Assembly: GCA_963724645.1 (NCBI GenBank)
Contig: CAVRVJ010000003.1
Span: forward strand, 279,569-343,568
Reading direction: 5' to 3'
Origin: an uncultured Acidobacteriota bacterium
GTDB taxonomy: Bacteria > Acidobacteriota > Vicinamibacteria > Vicinamibacterales > SCN-69-37
DNA: 64,000 bases
The notes beneath the pieces were generated by a model. The model saw only the letters and a program-made list of their open reading frames with translations, made no database searches and had not been told where the DNA came from. The translations under genes were made by a program, and so were the position numbers. Shown piece by piece: positions 37,703-51,164 of the stretch. The stretch's first letter is position 1; every line of letters begins with the position of its first letter.

Positions 37703-39024
37703 GCCTCGCCCGTCGGCTCCTGGTTCCCGGCCTCGTCCTTGGCGCGCTCGTCCGCGCCGCGGCGTTGCCGCAGCCCGGCACCGGCGACGTCGATGTGTGG
37801 AAAATCTGGAGTTTCGGCGCAGCCCACGATCTGACGGGCGTCTACGGCGTTGGAGGGTCGCCTCCCGAGCGGCGCCTGCTGCGCTGGCAAGGCGATCAGA
37901 CCACCGTGAACTACCCGCCGATCGCGATGGCGGAGCTGGCCGCGGCCGGTCGACTGTACCAATGGCGCGATCCCCTGTTCAGGGACTCGCCTGTTCTCAA
38001 TGCAGCGGTAAAACTGCCCGCGCTGGCGGCGGAAACGCTGCTCGTCGTCGTGATCCTCACGTGGGGCCGGCGCCGGTTCGGTCTTGAGGCCAGCGCCTGG
38101 ACTGCCCTCGCCATCGCACTGAACCCGGCGATGGTGCTTGCGGGGCCCCTGCTCGGTTATATCGACGCACAAATGGCCGTACCGGCGGTGATGGCGCTGG
38201 CAGCGGCCGCAGCCGGTCCTGGATGGCTGGCAGGCGTGCTGGCGGCGATCGCGGTATTCACCAAACCGCAGGCGATCTTTGTCTGCCCTGTGATCGGCGC
38301 GATCCTGATCTCCCGGGGTCCTGGCTGGCGATGGGCCATGGAGGCGATGCTCGGCGCGGCCGTCACGTCCTCTATCGTGCTGCTCCCTTACATCGCTCGC
38401 GGGGCCTGGGCAAATATGGTCCAGGCGCTCGGCCGCCTCGCAACTCACGACATGCTTTCGGCCAACACGGCAAACCTCTGGTGGATCGTCACGTGGATCC
38501 TGCGCGTTGTCGATGTCGCCGGCGAATGGGGGTGGTGGCGTGCGCTGTCGCAGGAGGTTCGGATTCTCGCGATCTCGCGCGCAGTCGCTTTGGGCTACCC
38601 GAACGCCAGAGTCATCGGGATGGCACTTGTCGCTGCCGCGTGCGCCTGGGCGACCTGGCGCGCCCGCGCCGCCTCGCTTGCGCAGGCTGCAGCGCTTGCC
38701 GGCTGGTCGGCTCACGCCTACGCGTTGCTCGCCGCCCAGGTGCACGAGAATCACCTGTATCTCGCCGTGCCGTTCTTCTCCATCGCCGCAGGCCTCGACC
38801 GTCGATACCGCGCCGTGCTGTGGTGGGTCTCGGCGATTTTTGCGCTGAACCTGCTGCTGTTCTACGGCCTTGGACGAGGTCTGCCTTTTCCGCTCGAACG
38901 CCACTGGACCGGCATCGACACATCAGTCCTGCTGGCATTCGTCAATGTCGGAGTGTTTATCTGGTGCGGCAGGCTATTGGCGGCCGGAGCCGCGGGCAGC
39001 CCGAGGCCCGTCGTGGGAACCTGA
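37699..39024 (+). CDS. GT-C glycosyltransferase with ALG6/ALG8-like motifs
   Basis: TGDVDVW, NYPP, LNP, TKPQ, ANLWW, QVHENH; TTG overlaps the rhomboid stop. Confidence 0.72.
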   Translation: MSLARRLLVPGLVLGALVRAAALPQPGTGDVDVWKIWSFGAAHDLTGVYGVGGSPPERRLLRWQGDQTTVNYPPIAMAELAAAGRLYQWRDPLFRDSPVLNAAVKLPALAAETLLVVVILTWGRRRFGLEASAWTALAIALNPAMVLAGPLLGYIDAQMAVPAVMALAAAAAGPGWLAGVLAAIAVFTKPQAIFVCPVIGAILISRGPGWRWAMEAMLGAAVTSSIVLLPYIARGAWANMVQALGRLATHDMLSANTANLWWIVTWILRVVDVAGEWGWWRALSQEVRILAISRAVALGYPNARVIGMALVAAACAWATWRARAASLAQAAALAGWSAHAYALLAAQVHENHLYLAVPFFSIAAGLDRRYRAVLWWVSAIFALNLLLFYGLGRGLPFPLERHWTGIDTSVLLAFVNVGVFIWCGRLLAAGAAGSPRPVVGT

Positions 39025-39056
39025 AGGCCCGCCGCTTTATCAGGGAGTGATGCCTA

Positions 39057-40064
39057 TCAGCCCGAGCCCTGGGCCTTCAGGCCCGGGGATTGAAAGGCCA
39101 TCGCATTGAGCGCCTCGATCCGCTTGGCCATCGGTGGATGGGTGGCCCAGAGATTTGCCCAGCCGCTGTCCGAGTCATTCAGCTTGCGGCCGAGCGGATC
39201 GGCGATGCACAGGTGCGCGGTACCGCGTTTGATCGCGGCGGTCGGCTCGACGGCGTCCTCTATTTTTTCCAGCGCGCCGGCCAGTGCGAGCGGGTTGCGC
39301 GTCAGTTCTGCCCCGCTGGCATCCGCGAGGTACTCGCGCCGGCGCGACACGGCCATTGCAAGCACCTGGCCGAGGATGGGCGCCAGCGTCACCGCCACCA
39401 GCCAGATCACGAGAAACAGAATGGCGAGCCCGCCGCCGCCTTTCTCGCCTGTCGCGAGAGCGCGACCCGCCGCCGACGCCAAACCGCATCATACGGCCGG
39501 TCCAGTCGGCCAGCAGGACCAGCGCCCCGACCAGGGCTGCCACGACGGTCATCAGACGAATGTCGAGATTGCGAATGTGCGACATCTCGTGCGCAATCAC
39601 GCCCTGAAGCTGGTCGCGATTGAGCATTTTCAGCAGGCCGTCTGTGACGGCAATCGACGCGTGCGCGGCATCCGGCCCCGTCGCAAAAGCGTTCGGGTCC
39701 GGATCGGGCACGACGTAGATCGCCGGCTTCGGCAAGCCCGAGGCAATCGCCATTTCCTGCACGATGTTGTCGACCTGGGTGTACCGCAGCCTCATGTCGT
39801 CGGTGGGGCCCTGCGCGACCAGTCCTCCAAGGGCTGCGCGGCGGACGACTTGAGCACGGCCCGATCGCCGAACCGGAGGCTCCACCACGCCTGGCCGCCG
39901 CCGATCGCCAGTGCGGCGAGCGTGCCGATCGGCACGAAGACCTCACCGCCGCCGACGACGAACGCGTCGAACCCGACGCCGACCACGAGCAACAGGGCGA
40001 TGAACGTTGCCATCACGAGCCAGGTGCGGCGGCGGTTGAGCGCCTGTTGTTCGTAGAGATTCAT
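39057..40064 (-). CDS. htpX: M48 zinc metalloprotease HtpX (frameshifted)
   Basis: PNAFATG, HEMSH, SRRREYLAD, ATHPP. Confidence 0.88.
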
Positions 40065-40178
40065 TGCGGACCGCGCGAACCTCAAAATCTGCGAACAAGA
40101 TTCCAGTCAGGATCGTGATCTCCGATCGCAATCTGGAATCCTGCATCGTGAATTCTGATTACCGCCGGCAACGGCGTG

Positions 40179-40744
40179 CTATTTCGACTTCATGGTCAAG
40201 TCCACCGCCGGAACCGCGCGGTCGGCGTCATCGGTAATCTGGAACAGTTCCGCCGCGGTGAAGTTGAACGTCGACGCGAGAAGTTGGACGGAAAGGTCTC
40301 GCGCGCGATGTTGTACTTCGTCGCGATATCGTTGTAGAACTGCCGCGCGAAGCCGATCTTGTTCTCGGTCGACGCCAGCTCTTCCTGAAGCATCTTCACG
40401 TTCTCGCTGGACTTGAGCTGCGGATAGTTCTCGGCGACGGCAAACAGCCGTCCGAGCGCCTGGGTCAGCTCGCCTTCCTTGCGGCTGGCGTCGGCAGGTC
40501 CCGCCGCGCTCATGGCCCGCGCGCGCGCGTCCATCACCGCCGTCAGGGTATCGCGCTCGAACTCCATCGATCCCTTCACGGTGTTGACGAGATTCGGAAT
40601 CAAATCGTGACGGCGCTTGAGCTGCACGTCGATTTGCTTCCAGCCGTTCAGACTCTGATTGCGAAGACCGATGAGCCGGTTATAGGCGGCGATCGCCCAG
40701 AAGGCGATCACGACGACCACGGCAAGCGGAACCAGAAGAAGCAT
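40179..40744 (-). CDS. lemA: LemA family protein (frameshift near 40290)
   Basis: IDVQLKRRHDLIPNLV, AENYPQLK, TENKIGFARQFYN. Confidence 0.92.
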
Positions 40745-40771
40745 ACGGACCCCTTTCGCCGTGTGACCTGC

Positions 40772-41088
40772 CTACGTCGTGCTTCTCACATCCAAGACAA
40801 ACGTATCGTCGAGCGCCTCGGCCTGGTGCGGCGCCAGAGCCGGCACCTGCAGCACCTCGCCCTCACGCACGGTGACTTCCTCGCCGTCGACGAGCGCGCG
40901 CAGCGCGCCTTGGAGCACGTAGATCAACTGCTCCCCGGGTGCGCATGCATCGGGATGAGCGCGCCCTTCTTGAAGTAGGCCTGTGCCAAGGTGTGCTCGG
41001 CGCCGGGGATCGCTTTGCGGGCGATCATCTCGGTCACCTTCTGCAGCTCGAGCGCCTCCCACCGGTAGAGAGCCACGCGGCGGGTCAT
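40772..41088 (-). CDS. Cupin domain protein (frameshift near 40945)
   Basis: [25 protein letters not shown]. Confidence 0.85.
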
Positions 41089-41102
41089 GGCAAAGTTCCT
41101 GG

Positions 41103-41110
41103 AGTATAAT
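41103..41110. promoter_or_regulatory. Overlapping divergent -10 boxes
   Basis: TATAAT on + (41105-41110) and TATACT on - (41108-41103) between the cupin and E1 genes. Confidence 0.6.
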
Positions 41111-41145
41111 CGACTGTTGCGCCGCGCCACCAAGGCCATCACGGG

Positions 41146-43326
<2,181 letters not shown>

Positions 43327-43345
43327 CGATCGTTCAGAGTTCACA

Positions 43346-44374
43346 ATGCGGAATTCAAAGTTGATTTTGAATCTTGCATTGTCAATTGCGAGTTTCCTGG
43401 TCCAGTCCCATCCGATACAGGCCGCCGGCGCGGTCGAAACCCTTCGGCCGATCGGCGCGCTGCCGCTGCGGCTGGTCGAGGACATCCAGAGTCCCCGGGC
43501 GTTCGTGGAGACCAGCACGGGCGAGGCGATCGTGCTGGATGCGGCCGCGCAGACCGTTTATGCAGTTGACGCCGGACGCAGCAGGATCCGGCGGATCATC
43601 GATGTCGGCGTCGAGGCGGGCCACATCATCCGGCCCAACGGCTTTGCGCTCGGTCCCAACGATCTGTTGGCGATTGCCGATTCGCCTGGCAGTTACTCCC
43701 GGCTCCAGAATTTCGATGCCACAGGACGGCTCATCGGCTGGTTCTATCTGTTGGAACGGCCGGGCGCACGGATGGCCCTCGGTGGCCTGGCGCTGCAGGG
43801 GCCCGGTCCGATCGCGTCGACCGGCAGGACGTTTTTGTTCAACGCGCCGAAGACCGGCAGTCTCATCAATGAATTCGACGCGCGTGGCGATGCGGTACGC
43901 AGCGTCGGCACGCTCCGGCCGACCGGCCACGAATCCGATCCCGCGCTCCATGTTGCGCTCAACAGTGGACTGCCGCTCGTCGATCCGACCGGTGGGTACT
44001 ACTTCGTCTTTGAGGCAGGCGTGCCGATGTTCAGAAAGTATGACGCTGAGGGCGCGCTGCGCTTCGAGAGGCACATCGAAGGAGTCGAAATCGACGCGGC
44101 CATTGCGCGGCTGCCCACGCTCTGGCCGGCCCGCCCGCAGGATGGCAGCCACCCGTTCGCGCCCGGCCTCGTCCAGACAGCGGCCGTGGATCCCCTGGGC
44201 CGCCTGTGGATCTCCCTATCAGCCGGCTACACCTATGTGTACGACGAGCGCGGCGACAAGTCGCGGACGATTCAGTTTCGGACTCCGGGCCCTGTCTCGC
44301 CCGTCAGTCTGTTTTTTGCCCGCGGCAGTCGGTTACTCGTTACCCCCGGCTGTTACGAGTTCTCCATCAATTGA
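43346..44374 (+). CDS. Secreted beta-propeller (NHL-like) hypothetical protein
   Basis: Signal-peptide-like N-terminus; repeated FDxxG, AVDPLGRLW and YDERG blade motifs. Confidence 0.6.
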   Translation: MRNSKLILNLALSIASFLVQSHPIQAAGAVETLRPIGALPLRLVEDIQSPRAFVETSTGEAIVLDAAAQTVYAVDAGRSRIRRIIDVGVEAGHIIRPNGFALGPNDLLAIADSPGSYSRLQNFDATGRLIGWFYLLERPGARMALGGLALQGPGPIASTGRTFLFNAPKTGSLINEFDARGDAVRSVGTLRPTGHESDPALHVALNSGLPLVDPTGGYYFVFEAGVPMFRKYDAEGALRFERHIEGVEIDAAIARLPTLWPARPQDGSHPFAPGLVQTAAVDPLGRLWISLSAGYTYVYDERGDKSRTIQFRTPGPVSPVSLFFARGSRLLVTPGCYEFSIN

Positions 44375-44449
44375 GCGCGGGCTGCAGAGTCCGGGTCCAT
44401 TCAGGGTTTTCCCCGATTGACCCGCCGCGCGGCGAGCCGTAGCTTTGCG

Positions 44450-44640
44450 GAACTCATGCTGCCGACAGCGACCGGCCGCTTCCAACCATCGACGCTTCCG
44501 GAAAGTGCCGGTGGTGGTCATGACCGCCCACCCGAATCCCGCGGGTGAGGCCGAGTGGCTCGACCCCGAAGGCGTCCTGCCCAAACCACTGGACCTGCAC
44601 GCCGTCCTAACGATCGTCAGCCGTTGCTACGGACCCCACG
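44450..44640 (+). pseudogene. Remnant of a response-regulator receiver domain
   Basis: ELMLPTATG, then in another frame RFRKVPVVVMTAH...VLPKPLDL; N-terminal half absent. Confidence 0.55.
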
Positions 44641-44859
44641 ACAGGAATCTCGGCCTCCACCGTTCATCGGGTAGTTGTGGCAATTAATTAGAGGAAATAC
44701 CCGAGCGTGATCAGGCATTTACCGGAGGCATCCGCGTCGACGCGTACATGATGATGACGGCGCAGTTAAGAAACTGCCGGCTGAACGTCTGAATTTCGAA
44801 CAACCCGCGCCGGGTCCCCGGATGGGTGTGGGATCAGCCGCGTTCATGAGCAAGGTGCA

Positions 44860-47800
44860 ATGGGGAACCACGGGACAACCACCCGCATGAAACTGTCCGG
44901 CCGAACGCTGGCTGGCGAACTCCCGAGTCCGACACCGCTCGTTGACACCCTTCAAAGCCAGTCGAGCGAGCTGCTCAATGCGCTGCTTGCGCTGCGGGAC
45001 GGCGATTTCTCCGTGCGCCTGCCACGCGACTGGACCGGCCTCGACGGCAAGATCGCCGACACGTTCAACGAGATCGCGGCCGCCAACGCGAAGATGGCCG
45101 ACGAGTTGAACGCGTCGGCAGCGTGGTCGGCAAGCAGGGCAAGACCCGTCAGCGCGTGAAGTTCGACCGTCTGACGGGCGCCTGGGGCGAGATGGAGACG
45201 TCGGTCAACACCCTCATCGACGACCTGCTCTGGCCGACGACCGAGATGACGCGCGCGCTGGCGGCCGTCGCGCAGGGCGACCTGCTGCAGACGGTCCGTC
45301 TGGACGTCGACGGCCGTCCGCTCGAAGGCGAGTTCCTGCGGTCGGCCACGATCGTCAACACGATGATCCGGCAGCTCGGCGTCTTCACGTCGGAAGTCAC
45401 GCGCGTGGCGCGCGAGGTCGGCACCGACGGCAAGCTCGGCGGCCAGGCGCAGGTGCAGGACGTCAGCGGCGTCTGGAAGGACCTGACCGACAGCGTCAAC
45501 CTGATGGCCAGCAACCTGACGGCGCAGGTCCGCAACATCGCCGAGGTGACCATCGCGGTCGCCAACGGCGACCTGTCGAAGAAGATCACGGTCGACGTCC
45601 GCGGCGAGATTCTGCAGCTCAAGGAAGCCATCAACACGATGGTCGATCAGCTGCGGTCGTTCGCGTCGGAAGTCACGCGCGTCGCGCGCGAAGTCGGCAC
45701 CGACGGCAAGCTCGGGCGGCCAGGCGATCGTGCCGGGCGTCGCCGGCACGTGGAAGGACCTCACCGACTCGGTCAACGCGATGTGCGGCAACCTGACCGG
45801 TCAGGTGCGCAACATCGCGCAGGTCACGATGGCGGTCGCGCGCGGCGACCTGTCGCGCAAGATCACGGTCGACGTCCGCGGCGAGATTCTCGAGCTGAAG
45901 GACACCATCAACACGATGGTGGACCAGCTGAACGCCTTCGCGTCGGAAGTCACGCGCGTGGCGCGCGAGGTCGGCACCGAAGGGCAAGCTCGGCGGCCAG
46001 GCGCAGGTGCCCGGCGTCGCCGGCACGTGGAAGGACCTGACCGACAACGTCAACTTCATGGCGAGCAACCTGACCGGCCAGGTGCGCAACATCGCCGAGG
46101 TCGCGACGGCCATCGCCAAGGGCGACCTCTCCAAGAAGATCACGGTCAACGTCAGCGGCGAGATCCTGCTGCTGAAGGAAACCATCAACACGATGGTGGA
46201 CCAGCTGAACGCGTTCGCGTCGGAGGTGACGCGCGTCGCGCGCGAAGTCGGCACCGAAGGCCGGCTGGGCGGCCAGGCCAACGTGCTCGGCGTCGCCGGC
46301 ACGTGGAAGGACCTGACCGACAGCGTCAACTCGATGGCCAACAACCTGACGTCGCAGGTGCGCAACATCGCGGAAGTGGCGACGGCCATCGCGAGCGGCG
46401 ACCTGTCGAAGAAGATCACCGTCGACGTCAGCGGCGAGATTCTGCAGCTGAAGCAGACGATGAACACGATGGTCGACCAGTTGAACGCGTTCGCCGGCGA
46501 GGTGACGCGCGTGGCGCGCGAGGTCGGCACCGAAGGCAAGCTGGGCGGACAGGCGCAGGTGCCGGGCGTCGCCGGCACGTGGAAGGACCTGACCGACAAC
46601 GTCAACCTGCTCGCGGCCAATCTGACGACGCAGGTCCGCAACATCGCGGAAGTCACGACGGCGGTCGCCCGCGGCGACCTGTCGCGCAAGATCACGGTCG
46701 ACGTCAAGGGCGAGATCCTCGAGCTGAAGAACACCATCAACACGATGGTCGACCAGCTCAACGCGTTCGCGGCGGAAGTCACGCGCGTCGCGCGCGAGGT
46801 CGGCACCGAAGGCAAGCTCGGCGGCCAGGCGGTCGTGCCCGGCGTGGCCGGCACATGGAAGGACCTGACCGACTCGGTCAACGCGATGGCCGGCAATCTG
46901 ACCGTCCAGCTGCGCGACGTGTCGAAGGTCGCGACCGCGATCGCGAAGGGCGACCTGAGCCAGAAGATCACGGTCGACGTCAGCGGCGAGATTCTGCAGA
47001 TCAAGGACACCATCAACACGATGGTGGACCAGCTCAACGCGTTCGCGGGCGAAGTCACGCGCGTCGCGCGCGAGGTGGGCACCGAGGGCCGGCTGGGCGG
47101 CCAGGCCAACGTGCTCGGCGTCGCCGGCACGTGGAAGGACCTGACCGACAGCGTCAACTCGATGGCCAACAACCTGACCGCGCAGGTCCGGAACATCGCG
47201 GACGTCGCGACCGCCATCGCGCGCGGCGACCTGTCGCGCAAGATCACGGTCGACGTCAAGGGCGAAATCCTCGAGCTGAAGAACACCATCAACACGATGG
47301 TCGACCAGCTCAACGCGTTCGCCGCCGAAGTGACGCGCGTCGCGCGCGAGGTCGGCACCGAAGGCAAGCTGGGCGGCCAGGCGCAGGTGCCAGGCGTCGC
47401 CGGCACGTGGAAGGACCTCACCGACAACGTCAACTTCATGGCGAGCAACCTGACCGCGCAGGTGCGCAACATCGCGGAAGTCGCGACGGCCATCGCCAAG
47501 GGCGACCTGTCCAAGAAGATCACCGTCGACGTCCGCGGCGAGATCCTGCTCCTGAAGGACACGCTGAACACGATGGTCGAGCAGCTGCGGTCGTTCGCGG
47601 CCGAAGTCACGCGCGTGGCGCGCGAAGTCGGCACCGAGGGCCGGCTCGGCGGTCAGGCCGTCGTGCCGGGCGTCGCCGGCACGTGGAAGGACCTCACCGA
47701 CAACGTCAACCTGCTCGCCGCCAACCTGACGACGCAGGTCCGCAACATCGCGGAAGTCACGACCGCGGTCGCGCGCGGCGACCTGTCGCGCAAGATCACC

Positions 47801-50800
47801 GTCGACGTCAAGGGCGAAATCCTCGAGCTGAAGAACACCATCAACACGATGGTCGACCAGCTCAACGCGTTCGCGGCCGAAGTCACCCGCGTCGCGCGCG
47901 AGGTCGGCACCGAAGGACGACTCGGCGGCCAGGCCGACGTGCCGGGCGTCGCCGGCACGTGGAAAGACCTCACCGACAACGTCAACGTCATGGCCGCCAA
48001 CCTCACCGAGCAGGTCCGCGGCATCGTCAAGGTCGTCACCGCCGTGGCCAACGGCGACCTGGAGCAGAGCCTGACGGTCAAGGCGAAGGGCGAAGTGGCG
48101 GCGCTGGCGTCGACAATCAACAACATGACGCAGACGCTGGCGACGTTTGCGGATCAGGTCACGACCGTCGCGCGCGAGGTCGGCGTCGAGGGACGGCTGG
48201 GCGGGCAGGCCAACGTGCCCGGCGCGGCCGGCACCTGGAAGGACCTCACCGGCAACGTCAACCTGCTGGCCGCGAACCTGACGACGCAGGTACGCGCGAT
48301 TGCCGAAGTGGCCACCGCGGTGACCAAGGGCGACCTGACCCGATCGATTCAGGTCGATGCCCGCGGCGAGGTCGCCGAGCTGAAGGACAACATCAACACG
48401 ATGATCGACAACCTTCGGCTTGACGACCGACCGCAATACCGAGCAGGACTGGCTCAAGACGAACCTGGCCCGCTTCACCGGCATGCTGCAGGGCCAGCGC
48501 GACCTCGTGACCGTCGGCCGCATGCTGCTCTCGGAGCTGGCGCCGCTGGTCGGCGCCCATCAGGGCGTCATCTATCAGATGGAGACCGATCCGATGCGGC
48601 TGCGGCGGCTCGCCGGATTTGCCGATCAGCGGGAGGGCCACCAGGAGTACGTCGGCCTCGGCGAAGGATTACTCGGGCAGTGCGCGACCGAGAAGGAGCG
48701 CCTCCTCATCACGGACGTGCCACCGAGCGCCGTGCCCATCGGCTCCGGCCCTCCTGAGAGCCATTCCCCGCAACATCGTCGTGCTGCCGGTGCTGTTCGA
48801 AGGGCAGGTCAAGGCCGTCATCGAGCTGGCGTCGCTCAGCTCGTTCACCGAGTCGCACCTGGTGTTCCTCGACCAGCTCACGGCCAGCATCGGCATCGTC
48901 CTGAACAGCATCGAAGCGACGATGCAGACCGAGGGGCTGCTGCAGCAATCGCAGCAGCTCGCCAGCGAGCTGCAGTCGCAGCAGAAGGAGCTGCAGCAGA
49001 CCAACGAGCAGCTCGCGCAGAAGGCGCAGGAGCTGGCCGAGCAGAACGCCGAAGTCGAGCGGAAGAACCAGGAAATCGAGCAGGCGCGCCGCGCGCTCGA
49101 AGAGAAGGCGGCCGAGCTGGCGCTGACCTCGAAGTACAAGTCCGAGTTCCTCGCGAACATGTCGCACGAGCTGCGGACGCCGCTCAACAGCATCCTGATC
49201 CTCGGCCAGCAGCTGGCGGACAACGCGGACACCAATCTCACGGCGAAGCAGGTGGAGTTCGCGCGCACGATTCACGGCGCCGGCACCGACCTGCTGAACC
49301 TGATCAGCGACATCCTCGACCTCTCGAAGATCGAGTCGGGCACGGTCACGGTCGACGCCGAAGACAGTCTACTTCAGCAATCTGCTGGACAGCGTCACCC
49401 GGACGTTCAAGCACGAGGCCGAAGGCCGCGGCCTGTCGTTCGAAGTGGTCAGCGATTCGCGACTGGGAAGGACGCTGCTCACCGACTCCAAGCGGCTGCA
49501 GCAGGTCCTCAAGAACCTGCTGTCGAACGCCTTCAAGTTCACCGCGCAGGGCGGCGTCCGGCTGACCGTCTCGCCGGTGGTCGGGGGCTGGAGCCCCGAC
49601 CATCCCGTCCTGAGTCAGGCGCCGACCGTCGTTTCATTCGAAGTCGCCGACACCGGCATCGGCATTCCGCCGGAGAAGCAGCGCATCATCTTCGAGGCGT
49701 TCCAGCAGGCCGATGCGAGCACGAGCCGCAAGTACGGCGGCACCGGCCTCGGTCTGGCGATCAGCCGCGAACTGGCGAATCTGCTCGGCGGGGAGATTCA
49801 TCTGCGCAGCACGCCGGGCATCGGCAGCACGTTCACGCTGTACCTGCCGCTGCGGTATTCCGGCCCGGTCACCGCCCTGAAGGGGAGGATCGATCACACG
49901 CCCGCCGCGGCGCAGGGACCGGTCCCCCCCGTGCGGCTTCAGGAACGGCCGGTCGAAATCGAAGACGACCGGAACTCCATCGAGCCTGGCGACACGACGC
50001 TGCTCGTCGTCGAGGACGACCCGCATTACGCGCGGATTCTCGTGGATCTCGCGCGCGACAAGGCCTTCAAGGTGCTGCTCGCCATGCGCGGCGACGAGGC
50101 GCTGACGCTTGCGCGGCAGTTCAAGCCGACCGCGGTGTCGCTGGACGTGTTCCTGCCGGACATGCTCGGCTGGACCGTCCTGAGCCATCTCAAGCAGGAT
50201 CCGCAGCTGCGGCACATTCCGGTGCAGATCGTCACGCTCGACGAGGATCGCAGCACGGCCTGGCGCGCGGCGCGTTTTCGTTCGTCACCGAAGCCCTCGA
50301 GCGCCGAAGGCCTGAACGTCGCGCTCGAACGCATCAGGGAATACGCGCGGCCGCGTCGCAAGCGCCTGCTCGTCGTCGAGGACAATCCCGCCGAACAGCT
50401 GAGCATCGGCGAGCTGCTCGGCCACGACGACATCGACATCATCACCGTTGGAACCGGCAGCGACGCGCTCACGGCCCTCGAGACCGGGCGGCTTCGACTG
50501 CGTCGTCCTCGACCTTCGGCTGCCCGACATGTCGGGCTTCGAGGTCCTCGAGCAGATGGCGAAGCAGGATGCTCTGCGCGAGCTGCCCGTCGTCGTCTTC
50601 ACCGGCCGGGAGCTGTCGCCCGACGAGGAATCCCGCTTGCACGACTACGCGCGCAGCGTCGTCGTCAAGGGCGTCGAATCGCCCGAGCGCCTGCTGGACG
50701 AGACGGCCCTGTTCCTGCATCGCGTGATCGAAGATCTTCCCCGGACCAAGCAGCAGATGCTCGAGCGGCTGCATCGATCGGACGAGGATCTGGTCGGCAA

Positions 50801-51164
50801 GGGCGTGCTCGTCGTCGACGACGACGTGCGAAACATCTTCGCGCTGAGCAGCGTGCTCGAGCGCCGGGGGATGAACGTGCTGACGGCGTCGACCGGCCGC
50901 GAGGCGATCACGGCGCTCGAGGCAGACCCGGACCTGTCGATGGCGCTGATGGACATCATGATGCCGGAGATGGACGGATATGAGACGATTCGGGCGATCC
51001 GGCAGAAGCCCGAGTTCCGCCGGCTGCCGATCATCGCCCTGACCGCGAAGGCGATGAAGGGCGACCGCGAGAAGTGTCTCGAGGCGGGCGCGTCCGATTA
51101 CCTGGCGAAGCCGGTGAACACCGAACAGCTGTTGTCGTCCCTTCGCATGTGGCTGCACCGATGA
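44860..51164 (+). CDS. Giant poly-HAMP hybrid histidine kinase: HAMP repeats-GAF-HisKA-HATPase-3 REC (frameshifted)
   Basis: 11 WKDLT repeats of 92 aa, [36 protein letters not shown], three receiver domains. Confidence 0.92.
45400..48420 (+). repeat. 276-bp coding tandem repeat (HAMP units)
   Basis: TGGAA(G/A)GACCT at 45474, 45751, 46028, 46304, 46580, 46856, 47132, 47408, 47684, 47960 and 48236. Confidence 0.95.

Noticed and set aside
43330-43390. AT-rich imperfect inverted repeat at the start of the propeller gene; similar short patches at 16630 and 40098-40140
   Set aside because: Short and degenerate; probably REP-like spacers with too little evidence for separate calls
44690-44860. Possible riboswitch in the kinase leader
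   Set aside because: Only short hairpins (GCAGTT-AAGA-AACTGC); no recognisable aptamer consensus or terminator
45673-48523. Long antisense and alternate-frame ORFs (653-897 aa) over the HAMP repeats
   Set aside because: Shadow ORFs caused by high GC3 and repetition of a stop-free unit; no domain motifs
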